Assembly: GCA_003971905.1 (NCBI GenBank)
Contig: RSEE01000042.1
Span: 62,001 to 126,000, forward strand
Direction of reading: 5' to 3'
Length of the DNA stretch: 64,000 nt
Source of the DNA: Moniliella sp. 'wahieum'
Lineage: Eukaryota
A program made the position numbers and the translations under genes. Shown in pieces: positions 36,319 through 48,598 of this stretch. The notes under the pieces are model-generated. The model saw only the letters and a program-made list of their open reading frames with translations, searched no databases and was not told the origin of the DNA. Every line of letters begins with the position of its first letter. Position 1 is the first letter of the stretch.

Positions 36319-39300
36319 ATGACGGACGTTTGGCTCGCGCGGTGCCTATGCCCCCTTCCAGCTGCTGGCGCCCGTGGATGCGGATGCGGAGGCTGCTGAC
36401 GCGACGGTGATCAGTGCTCATCCTGCCTCTGCCCATCCCTCGGTCGATGTGGCGACGCTCTTGTCCCGCTGTCCTTCGCTCGCTACTCCGCACTCGGACT
36501 ATGCTGCGCATGCGGCGTCAGCTCCCGTTCCAGCTGCCCATTCTAGTGCGCCACCGGTTGTGCTTGCGCGTGCGGTGGAGGATGCAACGGTGCTGGAGCT
36601 GCGGTGGCTGCCTTCGCGCCTGACTGTGCCGGTGTCCTCGACGTCGGTCGCTTCGGCAGGCACTTGGCATGTGCCCTACCCTTCCTCTTCCCCACGCTTA
36701 TTTCAGTTCCCTGCACCGCTCTTGCCCGGCATGGCGATCTTCTTTGACGCCGAGTGCTACGCTGCAAGTACTGGCGGTGACCCTGACGGGCTACCTGTAC
36801 CGCCTTGCCTTTACCTCTCCTGATTACTTTTCCCCCGATGCGCTTCCTGATGGCGCGCTCTCTGAGTTCTGCATTGCCCATACCGATGTGATTGACACGT
36901 ATGGTCAGATCTTCTCGCGTTGTCTCCCTGAGCAAGTCCATGTTGTCGACCCCGGTCTGGTGCTCGTGACCTGCACCGATGGCTCGATTGTCAAGCTGGA
37001 ACAGACCCGCTCCTACCATTCTTCGTCCGGGTTTGAGAGTACGTGTTTTTCTTTCTTTGTGCTCTCTCTTCTTTCTTGCGGGATCATGTGCGCTGACTGA
37101 TTCATGGCATGGACTGATGAAGATTGATGATTGATAATTGGTTGTTTTTGTTTCTTGTTTCCACCAGGCTTTTGGTCCGAAAGCGTTCTTCACCCAGGCT
37201 CGGCACTTGGCAGTCTGGCCCGCATCTTTTCTCGCAAGCCTGCGTTGGGGGAGCAGGACGCCACGTCGCCCTTGCGCGCTCTGAGCGTGACGAGCTACAT
37301 TGTAAAGAGGTGACACCCTTGGCGTTTGCCGTTTCCAAGGACCGCAAACTGCGTGTATGGGATCTGATTTCCAATACGGTGTCCGAGTCCTCGGGCTGCC
37401 CACCAGTGCCCGTGCCCACCTCTCCCCCGAGGGAGGTGGGGATGGATCGGACGGCACAAGCCACGTGTTTGGACCGCAAGCCAAGCCGCTCGTTTCCGTC
37501 CTTGGCACCTCTGCTTCGACGTTGCATCTCTTGGTCCATGTGCCTGCTACGGGTGGTGCGAGCAACTTTTTCGCGCTGTATGAGATGCAGGTGGTGCAGG
37601 CCAAAGGCCATGGCCCGAGCAAGGTAGGAAGCATCGAGCCGATCTGGACGGGCGAGTGTGCGCCCGGTACGTGTTTGTCCGAGGTGGAGCTGCGTGACGT
37701 GGCGTTGGTGCAATTTGGCTCGGCGGGCCTGCGTCTATGGGCAGTATGGGACGACTCGGGCAACCCGCTGGTCAAGACGATCACAGTTTTGGAGGAAGTG
37801 TACCACGAAGCAGACACTAGCACCTTGTCCATTGCGGCCAACTCGGGTCCTGCCTCTTGGTCCACGGTTCACGACGCGCGCTCCTTTTTGCCTCTGCACG
37901 GCAGTGCGTTCGAGCTCGCCGTATCTGCCGTCCCGGACGGGCGGGAAGACTTGGCCGACTTTTTCTTGGAGCGCATCTTTGATGCCGGGCGCTTTAGTCA
38001 GCGGTCGATCGAAGCTGCGCTGGCCAAGTACGAAGAGGGACTGTTACGCGTGCTGGGACCGGACACGCTGCCGCCCGAGTTGCAGGAGAGCATGGCGTTT
38101 GATACGTTGCGCGACCACTGCTTTTAATGTGGTAGGCTCGTCGATTGAGCTGGAAACCGATCCGGTCACGGGCAACTCGCTCGTACCCCAGTACATGTCG
38201 GCGTTGCGACGCGAATGGATGCGGTTCGTGGGGTACATTGAGAGTTTCCAATCTGCGGCCCGGTGGCCACTTGGGTTTGTGCGGCCTTCGCTGCCGCACC
38301 CGCGCAGCGCGCTGCGCAGCGCGCCTGCGCTCTTGACGCGAGACTACTTTGTCACGGCGGCGGTGGAGGATGCCGGGTCAGCTTGGCTCCGGATCGCAAG
38401 CCAGATCGATGCGGGCTACCCGGACAGTTCTCCGTTGGCGCGCAGCGGCGCAATCGTGAAACGGCACAGGCTGCAGCCGATGAAAAGGCCTATCTTACCA
38501 GCGCATCTCATTCGGCCAGCCTTTCGCGCTCGCTCTTGGCCCGTTCCCCGTTAGAGGAGAATGGTGTTCCTCTGTTTTGTTGGAGTCGACCGTCTCGTTG
38601 GCCCACAGCACGTCCGCACCCCACCTCCTTACGTTTTGGCGTGAGTTGGACGCTCGCTTTTCGGGCTTGGTCACCCAAACTGCGGAAGATCAAGTGCGGC
38701 AGTTTGGGACGAAACGCTTACCGAGGTGGTGACCGACGACGCGTTCCGGTTTCTGGCCGAGACGTGTGACAAGATCCAAGGAGTGGAAGCGGCTCTGACC
38801 GCCTGGGCCGACTTGCTGCGAGACCAAGGTGGACAGGACGATGTACCGACGTCGACCGTCTTGGCTGCGAGCCAAGTGGACTCGCTCTTGCTCACCGACT
38901 CGCTGACGACAGTGCTGCGAGAACGCCAACGAAGCGCAGGCCTGTTGGTCTTTGTGCTAGCTTGTTTGTGGGTGTCGAACGGGTTGGAGGGGTTGGTGCC
39001 TTCCTTGCCACGCTTGTTCTCTCGTGCCCTATCCACACTCCAAGCCACCCATGCCCTGCTCGAAGCCAGTTCCCTAGCGGGCGCACCCAACATTGCGCCG
39101 CCCGCGGCGTTGTTGCCAGGGGAAGAGGATGTGGCAGATCAGCTAGGCATGATGCACGTCTCGTCTCCGATAGCGACCGTGCCCGGTCCGGCGGTCCGGC
39201 ACTGTCTCCGTTACACTATGCTGTACAAAAGTCCTTGCGGCGCGTCGTTTGTTGCCGTCGTGCCCGACCCTTGCTCGGCTTGGACTGCCGATTGATTCTG

Positions 39301-41450
39301 GGCAGCAACACGTTGGCATTGTACAGTTACTTGGTCGGGGGGGGACGAGGCGACTGCGCCAGCGCACCCGCAACCCGTCTTGACTGAGTCCCTTCGCTCC
39401 TAGCCCAACAATGGCTTCAAGCAGGCTACACTTCGGCTGCCGATCAATTCTAATGGCCTTCCCCGCCTCGCTTGCTGGCACGTACCTCTCTGCCGTATCG
39501 CTGCTGTTCCACGACGAGGCGGAGGAGGAAGCGGTGGCGCGGCGAGGTGACATCCAAGTTTGTGCGGTTGGCACGGCGTTGAGTTCGCTCGATGCGTTGG
39601 CGGACGATGCGAGTGGGCTGTTGGCGGTCATACCTCCTCCAGTGGCCAATTTGGTTCCCTATGACGCTTCGGTCGCACTGTACTTTTCCACTTGTCCAGC
39701 CTCTTCTTGGCTGGAGCGTCCGGCCGAGGTAGCGTGGTCGGGTGCCAAGGCGCTGGCTCTGCTCCATGCTGAGCGAAACAGGAACTGATCGAGGCTGGGG
39801 GCATGACGAAGCAGGCATTGAAATCGGTCGTGTCCGATTTGTCCTTTAGCACGTTCCGTGCGCAAGTGCAGCTACGGGACTTTGCGGGGGCGTATCAGAC
39901 GATCATGGCGAGTGGGGACAAGTCGTTCAAGGGGGAGTGTATTCATTCTCTCGTCACGGCCATGTGCGAAGCTGGGGAGGCAGCCACGCTACTCCGGTTC
40001 AACTTTTCGGGCTTGCAGGCCGAAGTGGAAAAGACACTCAACTTTAAAGCGCGCAACTCCAACCCGTTTGCCACGCCCAACTACTTTCATCTGCTCTACT
40101 CGTACTTTCTCCATCGGGGCGACCTCAAAGCCGCAGCAGCCGTCATGTACCAGCATGCGCATCACCTCGCCGAGCAGTACGAGCGACAAGCTGCCACGTC
40201 GGCCCAGGTCGCCATGGAGTTCGCCTCGACTGCCGCGGCGCAAGCGGAGAGCCTGCTGTGCTCGCTCACTGTCCTCGCTCTCGTTCCCAGCCACGACGCG
40301 TGGTTTGCCCATGCCACCGTGGTGGGTGCGAGCTCGGTGGGGGGTGCGCCCTCGCCCTCCCCCTCGGCTTCTCGGCAGGTGTGGGAGGCGACAGAGAGCG
40401 ATCGGGTGGAGCGACGGGGTGCGCGACACGTGACGCAGTACGTGCCCGAGTCAGAGTTTTGTCCGACCAGTGGTCCTTTGGAACTGGTGCGAATCGAGGA
40501 CATTCGCAAGGAACGTGCGTTGCTCTGTGCACGGTTGGACTTGGCCAAGCAGTACCCTGAGCTGGCTGCGCCGCACGCGGCGTTAGCGCCGGCAGATGCG
40601 GTGGCGCTGTATGTGCGCGCCGAATCGTTTGATGCGGCGCTGCGGCTGGCGCGGGTGCTGGAGGTGGATACGAAGCTGGTGTTCCAAGCGCTGACGCTGC
40701 GTGCGATCAAGTTGAGTCTGCTAGGCCAAGGACGGCAGGCGGACCTGCGCGCAGCCGGGATCGAGGCGGACACAGCGAGTGGCACGGCATTCGTCAGCTG
40801 CGGGAAGAAGTGAGACGCAGCAGTGGGACGAAGCGCGGTTCTTGGTCGGCTCGGAACTGAGCAGCACGTGGACCGGCGCGCCAGAAGACAAGGCGTGGCG
40901 GTACCTGCGTCTACTGCTGAGCAATACGACGGAAGAAGAGCGAACGGGGTACTACCAAGTGGTGCTGTCGCATGCGCTGGACCAAGGAGTGGAGGCTGAA
41001 GCGGTGCTGCCGCGCTGGCTGACCTCGTGGTTTGCCCTCAACAAGCCCGACCTGTTGATCCGGAGCTACATGCGGGTGGGGTGGGTGCAGCGTGCGCTCG
41101 AGGCGGCCTGGCTGGTACAAGCGCCGCTGGGCACGGCGTCGCTAGCGCTGGGTTCGGACCAAGCGGCGTTGGCAGCACGAGCGACGGACGCGTTTGTGCC
41201 GTACACGTTGCTGGACGAGCTGGTGCACGAGGTGGAGAACCCGGACCCGCTCGTGCCCGTGTCGGGGGGGCGGGGGCAGGGGTGGATGTGCTGGCGACGC
41301 GGACGCTGGCGCAGCATGCGCGCGGCAGTGGCGGAGCGTCTGGAGCGGCTGCGCGCTCCAGGAGCGGCGCCAGGCGGCGTGGGCGCGTGCGAAACGCGAG
41401 GCGTGAGGCGGAGGGGTGAAGCGGCCGAGGGCCCGATGGAACGACGCGGA
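36319..41450 (+). CDS. NUP160: Nucleoporin Nup160/Nup120
   Basis: ~5 kb coding region; N-terminal propeller with DRKLRVWDL; C-terminal GLQAEVEKTLNFKARNS..PNYFHLLYSYFLHRGDLKAAAAVMYQ, LPRWL, PDLLIRSYM, VPYTLLDEL; intron ~37040-37167. Ends approximate. Confidence 0.9.
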
Positions 41451-41896
41451 TTGATCGCATGGCGGGTGGTGTTCTGGCGCCACGGGTTGTATTTTGTAGG
41501 GCGCAGAGGGGAAGGAAACGACATAGGCGTGTCACAGCGCACACGCACAGAGACCGTGCGATGGGTGAGGGGAGTGTGGTGATGCATGATGCCGGCGATG
41601 CCCCGGTCGATCGCTCGCCGATCGCGACACTGGCGCACTGCGGCTGCTGCGGCTGCGTGCGCTTGCCCGATGCGGCAGGCCGAATCAGGCAGCGATTATC
41701 ACACGCCCATCACTGCCCCTCATCACCCGCCGCCACCACTGCCCCCGTGCCCGCCGAACGCCCAGGCGGCCACCCCGCATCGGACTTGGGCGCCCCCCCG
41801 CACGGCGGCGGTGTGGCAGTCGGCTGCCCCATCCTCGAACCCTCGCCGCACCCCGCCGCCTCCGTCTCTACCCCACCACCCCCCCCTGCGCCCGCC

Positions 41897-43525
41897 ATGC
41901 GCAGCCACCTCGCCCTCGCCCTCGCCCGCGCCCTCGCCTTCACCGCCCTGCTCGCGCCCCTCGCCGCCGCCCTGCCCTCGCCCGCCGACGCGCTCCTGCC
42001 CCTCGCCGACCGCGAGCCCCGCGGCGTCCAGGCCATCCGCCGCGTCTCCCTCGCCCCCCGCTCCAACAAGGACCTCTACCCCCCCCCCGCACCGACCCCT
42101 TCTACCTCCCTCGCCCCAGCAACATCAGTCTCTACAAGCCCGGCGACGTCATCCGCTCCCGCTCCGTGTCATCACGCCCGAGTACAAGGTCTCCGGCGCC
42201 GGCCGCACCTCCCAGATCCTCTACCCACCACCACCAACACCCAGGGCCACCCCTCCGCCACCGTCACCACCGCCATCGAGCCCGCCAAAGGCTCCCCGCC
42301 CCAAATGATGTCCTACCACATCTGGGAAGACTCGACCAACCGCGACTGCGCCGCGTCCTACACCATCCTTCTCGGTAGCGAAGCCCCCAACGTCTTGGTC
42401 CTCGGTCCGTATCTGCCTCTTTATCCTTTCTCCTTTCTCCTTCATGCCTCTCGCCCCTCCAGTTGGGGGAAGAAATGGGGCTGCTGCTGACCGACAGATA
42501 TGATGCGTTGCTGCCTTGCTGCCTTGCTTGTCTGCTACCTCCACAGGCGACGATGTACCGGTCTGGTTCGACTTTTTGTTGTCCAAGGGCATCACCGTTG
42601 TCATACCCGACTACGAGGGCCCCAAGTCGGCGCTGTTTGCAGGGTTCCAAGCCGGCTATGCCATCCTCGACTCGGCCCGTGCCGTGAAAAACTACCTCCA
42701 TTGGCCCGCCGACGCCAAGGTGACCATGACGGGCTATTCCGAGGGTGCGCACGTCACCTGCTGGGCGGCCAACTTGGCCCCCTCGTACGCTCCTGAACTG
42801 AACATTGTTGGTGTCTCGCACGGTGGCACGCCGATTGATATGGAGCTGACGTTGCGTCACTTTGACAACACCTCCTTCTCTGGCTTCACGCTTGGAGGCA
42901 TGCACGGTATGATCGCCGCGTATCCCAAGTTCAACCGTACCATCACCCAGCATGCGCAACAACGCGTCCTCAATGACCTGGCCACCATTTACGCGCCGCC
43001 AGTCTGCCACGCCATCTTGCGTGGCCCACAATTTGCCAATGTTCCGTACATGGAGATGCTCAACCTGCCCAGCGGGGATCCCTACAACGACCCGGTCGTG
43101 CGCGCCGTGCTGAACCGCGAAACAATGTGGAGCAACAAGTCGTCGGTGGGAGTAGGGTACCCCAAGTTCCCACGGATGATCTACCAAGGCCGGCACGACG
43201 ATGTGATTAGTTTTGATGCGGTGCAGGCCTATGTCACCCAGCAGTGTCAGCATGGTGCCAACATCCAATTCAACATTTACGAAGCCAATGCGCACACGGC
43301 GCCGCAACTGGTGATGGTGGCGACTTGAACGCCATGGCGTTCACCCTGCAAGTACTCGGCATTGATGGACAAAAATTTGTCCCTGTGCCCTGTGGCTCGC
43401 CTACGCCTACTCTGCTCAACTTGATCACCTGGGGGATCGACGAGTTGTTGGGCGGCGACATTCTTGGTGCGTTAGCAGCGCTCTGGAACGAAGGCCAGGA
43501 AGTTCTGGGCAGCATTGGGTTTTAA
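41897..43525 (+). CDS. Secretory lipase (LIP / CalA-like family)
   Basis: Signal peptide; QILY.TTNTQG..ATVTT, SYHIWEDS..CAASY, VVIPDYEGPKS, GYSEGAH, YAPELNIVG..GGTP, HDDVI; intron 42405-42546. Confidence 0.92.
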
Positions 43526-44337
43526 CTATCCCACCGCTCTCTGTACCTTTCTTGTCCTATCCTGTCCTGTCCTGTTCCATGTCCTGTTCTATGTCCTGTT
43601 CTATGCCCTGTACCGTCTTGCTTTCTTTCCCAAGACGACCCGATCCCGCCCTTTCCCGTTCTTTGCGCCCCCCCGCCCAAAACGCCCTTGTTATCCTCGT
43701 TTATCCGCTTGCACCTTCGCACCTGTTGACTCTTTTGGTTTTCGGTTGGTTACGCTCTTCTTACACTCTTCGTTCCTACGCGCACGCGCCTCATCGATCT
43801 TCACTGTCTTTCTTCTTGTGGTCGTTTATCTCCCTGTATTCTTCCTATCCTTCCACCCTCCACCCCTCCACCCCACCCCCTCTCCCGCCGTTTCTGCGCG
43901 GGTGGTACTCTGCCCTGTTGGTTCTCCTGTACCGCCTCCTGTTCTGTTTTGTTCTCTTCCACTGCGTTTCCTGTTTACGCGGGCGTTGTTGCGTTGTTTG
44001 TTACCCTACTGTCGCACTGTAGCACTGCCTGAGTGCCTATGCCTGTGCCCGTGCTGTGCCTGTGCTGTGTCTGTGCCTGCTGTGGAACCCACTTTGTCTG
44101 TATCCACGAACGAGTAGTTGTTGGTCGAGGGTAGATGGGTTCTTGATTTCTTGATTCTGCCAATGGTACCCCCTTTGGTTACCCCCTTTGGAGATGGCTA
44201 TGGGTATGGGTATGGGTACGGTTACGATAGGCGGGTCTGCGTATGCGGATGCGGATGCGGATGTGTTCAACGTTGCGTCCGAATCGCCCTCGTCGCTCCG
44301 TAATTCGGTCCCGCCCGCCGAGGATGAAGTCTATGTG

Positions 44338-44555
44338 CAAAAGGCAAAAGGCAAAAGGCAAAAGGCAAAAGGCAAAAGGCAAAAGGCAAAAGGCAAAAGG
44401 CAAAAGGCAAAAGGCAAAGGCAAAAGCCAAAAGCCAAAAGGCAAAAGCCAAAAGGCAAAAGGCAAAAGGCAAAAGGCAAAGGGACAGGACCGGACAGGAC
44501 AGGGCGAAACAACCCATCCCATCCCATCCCATCCCATCCCATCCCATCCCATCCC
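44338..44555. repeat. Compound microsatellite: (AAAAGGC)n followed by (ATCCC)n
   Basis: About 20 tandem 7-mer units at 44338-44480, then pentamer units at ~44513-44555, between convergent gene ends. Confidence 0.95.
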
Positions 44556-44596
44556 AACCCAGCCGGACCACACCCTCCGAACTCCGAACTCAAAAC

Positions 44597-46691
44597 TCAG
44601 AACCACATGGATACGGACGCGCTCTGTGCACAAGCCAACCCCACGTGGAAACCCGTACAATCCGGACCATCCGTACAATCCGTACAATCCGTACAATCCG
44701 TACCAGCAGTACAACCAATCAGAAGAGTCAGTATAGTCCGTTTCCTCGTCCAGTCAGTTGCGCAGAGCAGATGCGACGTGGCCAAGCAGGCGGCACGCAC
44801 GATGGACTTCTGCTCGGAAGCAACGTACCCGTTCGCAACTCTTGAGCGCATGCCACCAGCGCGGGGCAAAAATAGCAGATCGCCCGGGTACAGCGTGCTG
44901 ACTCGTGCTTCGGACGCAAGCATCACGAGTGGGGAGACGGTGGGATCAGGATCAGGATCGGGATCAAGACCAGGATGCAAATGAGGATCGGGATCGAGAT
45001 CGAGATCGAGAGGCGGAGAAAAAACGTCAAAGGTAGCTGTGTTTCCCTGCGGGGTAAGTGCGCCACCTCGGTTTCGCGTGGGGAGGAGCGATCCAAACGC
45101 GTTTGGAGCCGACGAGTTGAACAAAGCAATTATAAAACGGGTCGGTATGAGCTGGGGAGAGGGTACGTTTTGGACCCAGCCACGCATTGACCACGACCGT
45201 TGGCTCGCCCGCTGGGTCCAGCGGAGGCGCGTACCGGCACCGCGCACACTGGTCCACTGGTAGCGGTGTGGGGCACGCACATGCGCCCGAAGGCCCGGGC
45301 GGTAAGGCGTACACCACGTCTGGCACTACAATGTCTTTCCATAGCGCGGGGAATTGGCTCAACAGATCGTACTGCGCCAAGTAGCATACCTTGTCGTCCG
45401 ACCCATCTGGCTCATTTGGCTCATTTTGCCCATATGGCCCATCAAGCCCATTTGACCCATCCTTCCCATCTGGCCCACGTGACGAAGCACCCGACGAGTG
45501 TGCCTGTGGCAGCGGGGGGCTACGTTGCCCCGCTTTTCTTGCGCTGGTGTATCCGGGCACGGGGCAGGAACAAGGGTAGACGGTGGGGGGTGGTGTGCAT
45601 CCCATCCGGCGCAATGCAAAAACCGAGCAAAGTCCATGACCTCTTGGTGCCATTGAGACGAGGTATAAGTCGTGCCCACTTCGACAGGCACGAGCCTAGC
45701 TGTGCCAGCTACGTGGCGCAAGTAGTGTGCGTTGGGCCACTTGTGTACCGCGGCCAGGCGCGTGCGAATCCCCGCACGATAAATGCGTGCTCCCACCAGC
45801 GCTCGTGATGCCCTTGCCCTGCTTGGGCTTTGGCCTCGGCCTTGGAATTGGGATTGGGAGTGGGAGTGGAATTGGGAGTGGGGTGGGATTGGGATTGGTA
45901 GGCGGAGCAGGAAGGCGAGGAAAAGGGAAGGTAAGAAGTTCAATTCGGGAATGGGCAGCAAAGGCAAGTGGGAGCTGATCCGTCTTGTTTTTTCCTTCCT
46001 TCGTGCCGTTTTCGTTTGCCTTGGCTTGGGCCCGGCGAGGCGGGTAGATCCAACGAAGGAGAGCAAGAAGAGGAAGGAGAAACGGATGAGCCAACTGGTC
46101 CACCGTCCCCCTCTTGCCTCCCTTGCCTCCCTTGCCTCCCTTGCCTCCCTTGCCTCCCTTGCCTCCCCATGCTCCCTTGCTCATGTGTACCTTGCGTAGG
46201 TTGGCTCTCTTTCCATGCCACGCCTTGGCTCGCCTCGTGGCCCGTAACAGGCCATCCATGGGCCTGATGAACGGGCTCGGGGTCGGCATGGTATTGCGCC
46301 TCGGGGAGCGAGAGCGTGGACCCAGGCAAGAGCAAGAGACAGAGCCAGAGCAAGCTCCAGAGCCAGGCAAGCGTTGTTGTAGCCAGGCGACCATGGCGAG
46401 GATGTGGTCGTGACGTGGTTCGTGGTCCGCTTGCCATGCGGGGCACCCGAGACGATCAAGGCGGTATCCAGGACGTGAATGACTTGTACCACACTGTTTC
46501 CGTATCTGCCCGTCGTACCCGTCTTGCACGTCGTGCTTGCGTGCTTCAGGCGGGCAGGATAGCGCACTTGCATCAGGCGGGTGCGGGTGCTCGCTTAGTT
46601 CAAGCGGGTGCGGGTGCTCGTTTGGCTCAGGACGCTGCGGTGGGAGGGACAGGGCCAGGTCCACGGCCCAAGCCAGCGCAACGTCAGTCAT
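44597..46691 (-). CDS. JmjC-domain protein, JMJD5/KDM8-like
   Basis: RLVPVEVGTTYT, YLAQYDLLSQFPAL, NAWLGPKRTLSPAHTDPFYN (HxD), VGSKRV, PGDLLFLP..WWHA; intron 44828-44624 gives last exon SASVSMWF*. Confidence 0.92.
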
Positions 46692-48159
46692 CAGCGCGCG
46701 ATCCAGTGGGTAACGTGGAGCGGAGCGCGTCGTTGGATGCCGTGTTGAACCAAGCTCCAGAGCGATGGGAAGTCGAGCGCAGGACAAGGAGAGAACAAGC
46801 TGGGTAAGAGCATGGAGGAGAGTGGGGAGGAGAAGCAGAAGGAGAACACGAGAAGAAGTAGAGAAGTAGAAGAAGAACACCGAGAAGAAGAAGAAGAAGG
46901 AGGAGGCGGGGGGGGGCACAGTACGGGCCCAGTGGCGCAGGTGGATGGAACACTGCACTTCTTCCTTGGTAGCTTGGTCAGTGGAGCTGGGAGCGCACGC
47001 GGGTGCGAAGCCCGAGGCGAGAAGGGCGAGGACGGGGGCAAGCGGATCGCCCTCGGTGTCGCTGTCGTGTTCGGGCGAGGGCGAGGGCGAGGCGGCATGG
47101 GGGGAAGTAGCGGGGCAAGCGGCAGCCGACGAAAGAATGGTGGATGGTGGGGGTTTGGGTGCGGGAGGGGACGAATGCGGGAGGGACGAATGCGGGTGGG
47201 GCGTGGTCAGATCTCAGAGCGAACGAGACGGCATGAGCGTCAGCGTGAGTACTCAGACTGAGTACTGAGTACTGCGTGCGGATCGGCAGGGAGGCTGGCG
47301 AGTGGGGAGAGGGCGAGGCGACTGGATGGAGCCATACGGCCGTGCGAGCGTAGCGCACATACCAAGGCATGTGACATGCGATATGTGATGTGCACGTGAC
47401 GTCGACGTGCCCACATGGTGGACCACCATGGTGCGTGGGGCATCCTTCTCCTCGTCGACGTGAGGGACAACGAAGGGGGAGACACCATGTACGCGCTGGC
47501 CTGCATGCCATTCAGGGCTCCCGACTCTGTTCGTACTCGCGGTGGACCGAAGCAGATCGGTAGAGAGAGGAGAACGGGCCAAGGAACGAACGAAGAGGGC
47601 CAGAGGGCAAGAGGGCAAGAGCAAGGCCCTGAGGCCCGTAGGGAAACAGGAAAAAAGGAGAGAGGGACACACACACCAGATTCAATTACAGTACCAGCTA
47701 AAATGGAACACGAAGAAGATGAAGATGAAGATGAGGGTAGGGCAGGGCGCGGTACACGATCCATCCGAGCCAGACAAACTTTAAACCAGACAATAGAGCG
47801 ATCGAGGCCAAGAACAGAATGCAATTTGATATGCTGTGTGCACAGAACATGGGGCTTAAGGGCAGGACAAGAAGCGAGCGCAAGGCAGGGGGAGGGGGGG
47901 AATAGGACAACAGGATACCGGTTCACCAGGGCAACAAGGGGACAGCAGGGCTCCAGGGGACAAGGGGGACAACAGAGCACCCACGCAAGAGGGGCAACAA
48001 GTAGGAGGGCGACCGACTGAGACGCAAAACAAGGGCAAGCGAGGCGACAATGGCAACAAGGCAGCCAAGTACGAAGGCGGACAAGACGTAGCGCTTCCAT
48101 TGACTCTGGGCGCTCTGGGCGTCGCAGCCGTCGCAGGCGGGTGGGGGAGGCAAGCGCGT

Positions 48160-48470
48160 CAATGGTAATGATAGGATAGGATAGGATAAGATAGGATAGG
48201 ATAAGATAGGGTAGGGTAGAATAGGATCAGACAAAATAGGATAGCATAGCATAGCATAGGAGAGGAAGAGAGAGAGAAGGAGAGGAGAGAAGGAGAGGAG
48301 AGGAGAGGAGAAGAGGTAAGGACGCGCGGGACGGGCCGACGAGCAATGTCGATGAGCTGGTACTAAGATGCATGAGCTGGGCGGCAGGGCAAGCAAGCAA
48401 GCAAGCAAGCATTGAAGCCAAAACCAAAACAACAAACCAAAACAAAAAAAAAAACAAAAAAAATAACCCT
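48160..48470. repeat. Cluster of simple repeats (GATAG, CATAG, AGAGG, GCAA, AAAAC units)
   Basis: Directly visible consecutive microsatellite arrays. Confidence 0.9.
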
Positions 48471-48598
48471 GAGCACTAAAGTCGGTACCCGTACCCCTGT
48501 ACAGCAGAGCAGAACGAACCCCATAGCCCGTAACCCGGGACCTGCGAGCACCAGTACCGCAGCGCGAGGGGGGAATAAGCGTTAAACCGGCACCTTGG

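Noticed and set aside
47923..48120. Hydrophobic stretch WKRYVLSAFVLGCLVAIVASLALVLR as a TM exon of the RRM gene
   Set aside because: A plausible stop exists at 48599, and T/G/C-rich noncoding DNA readily yields hydrophobic translations; no convincing donor was found.
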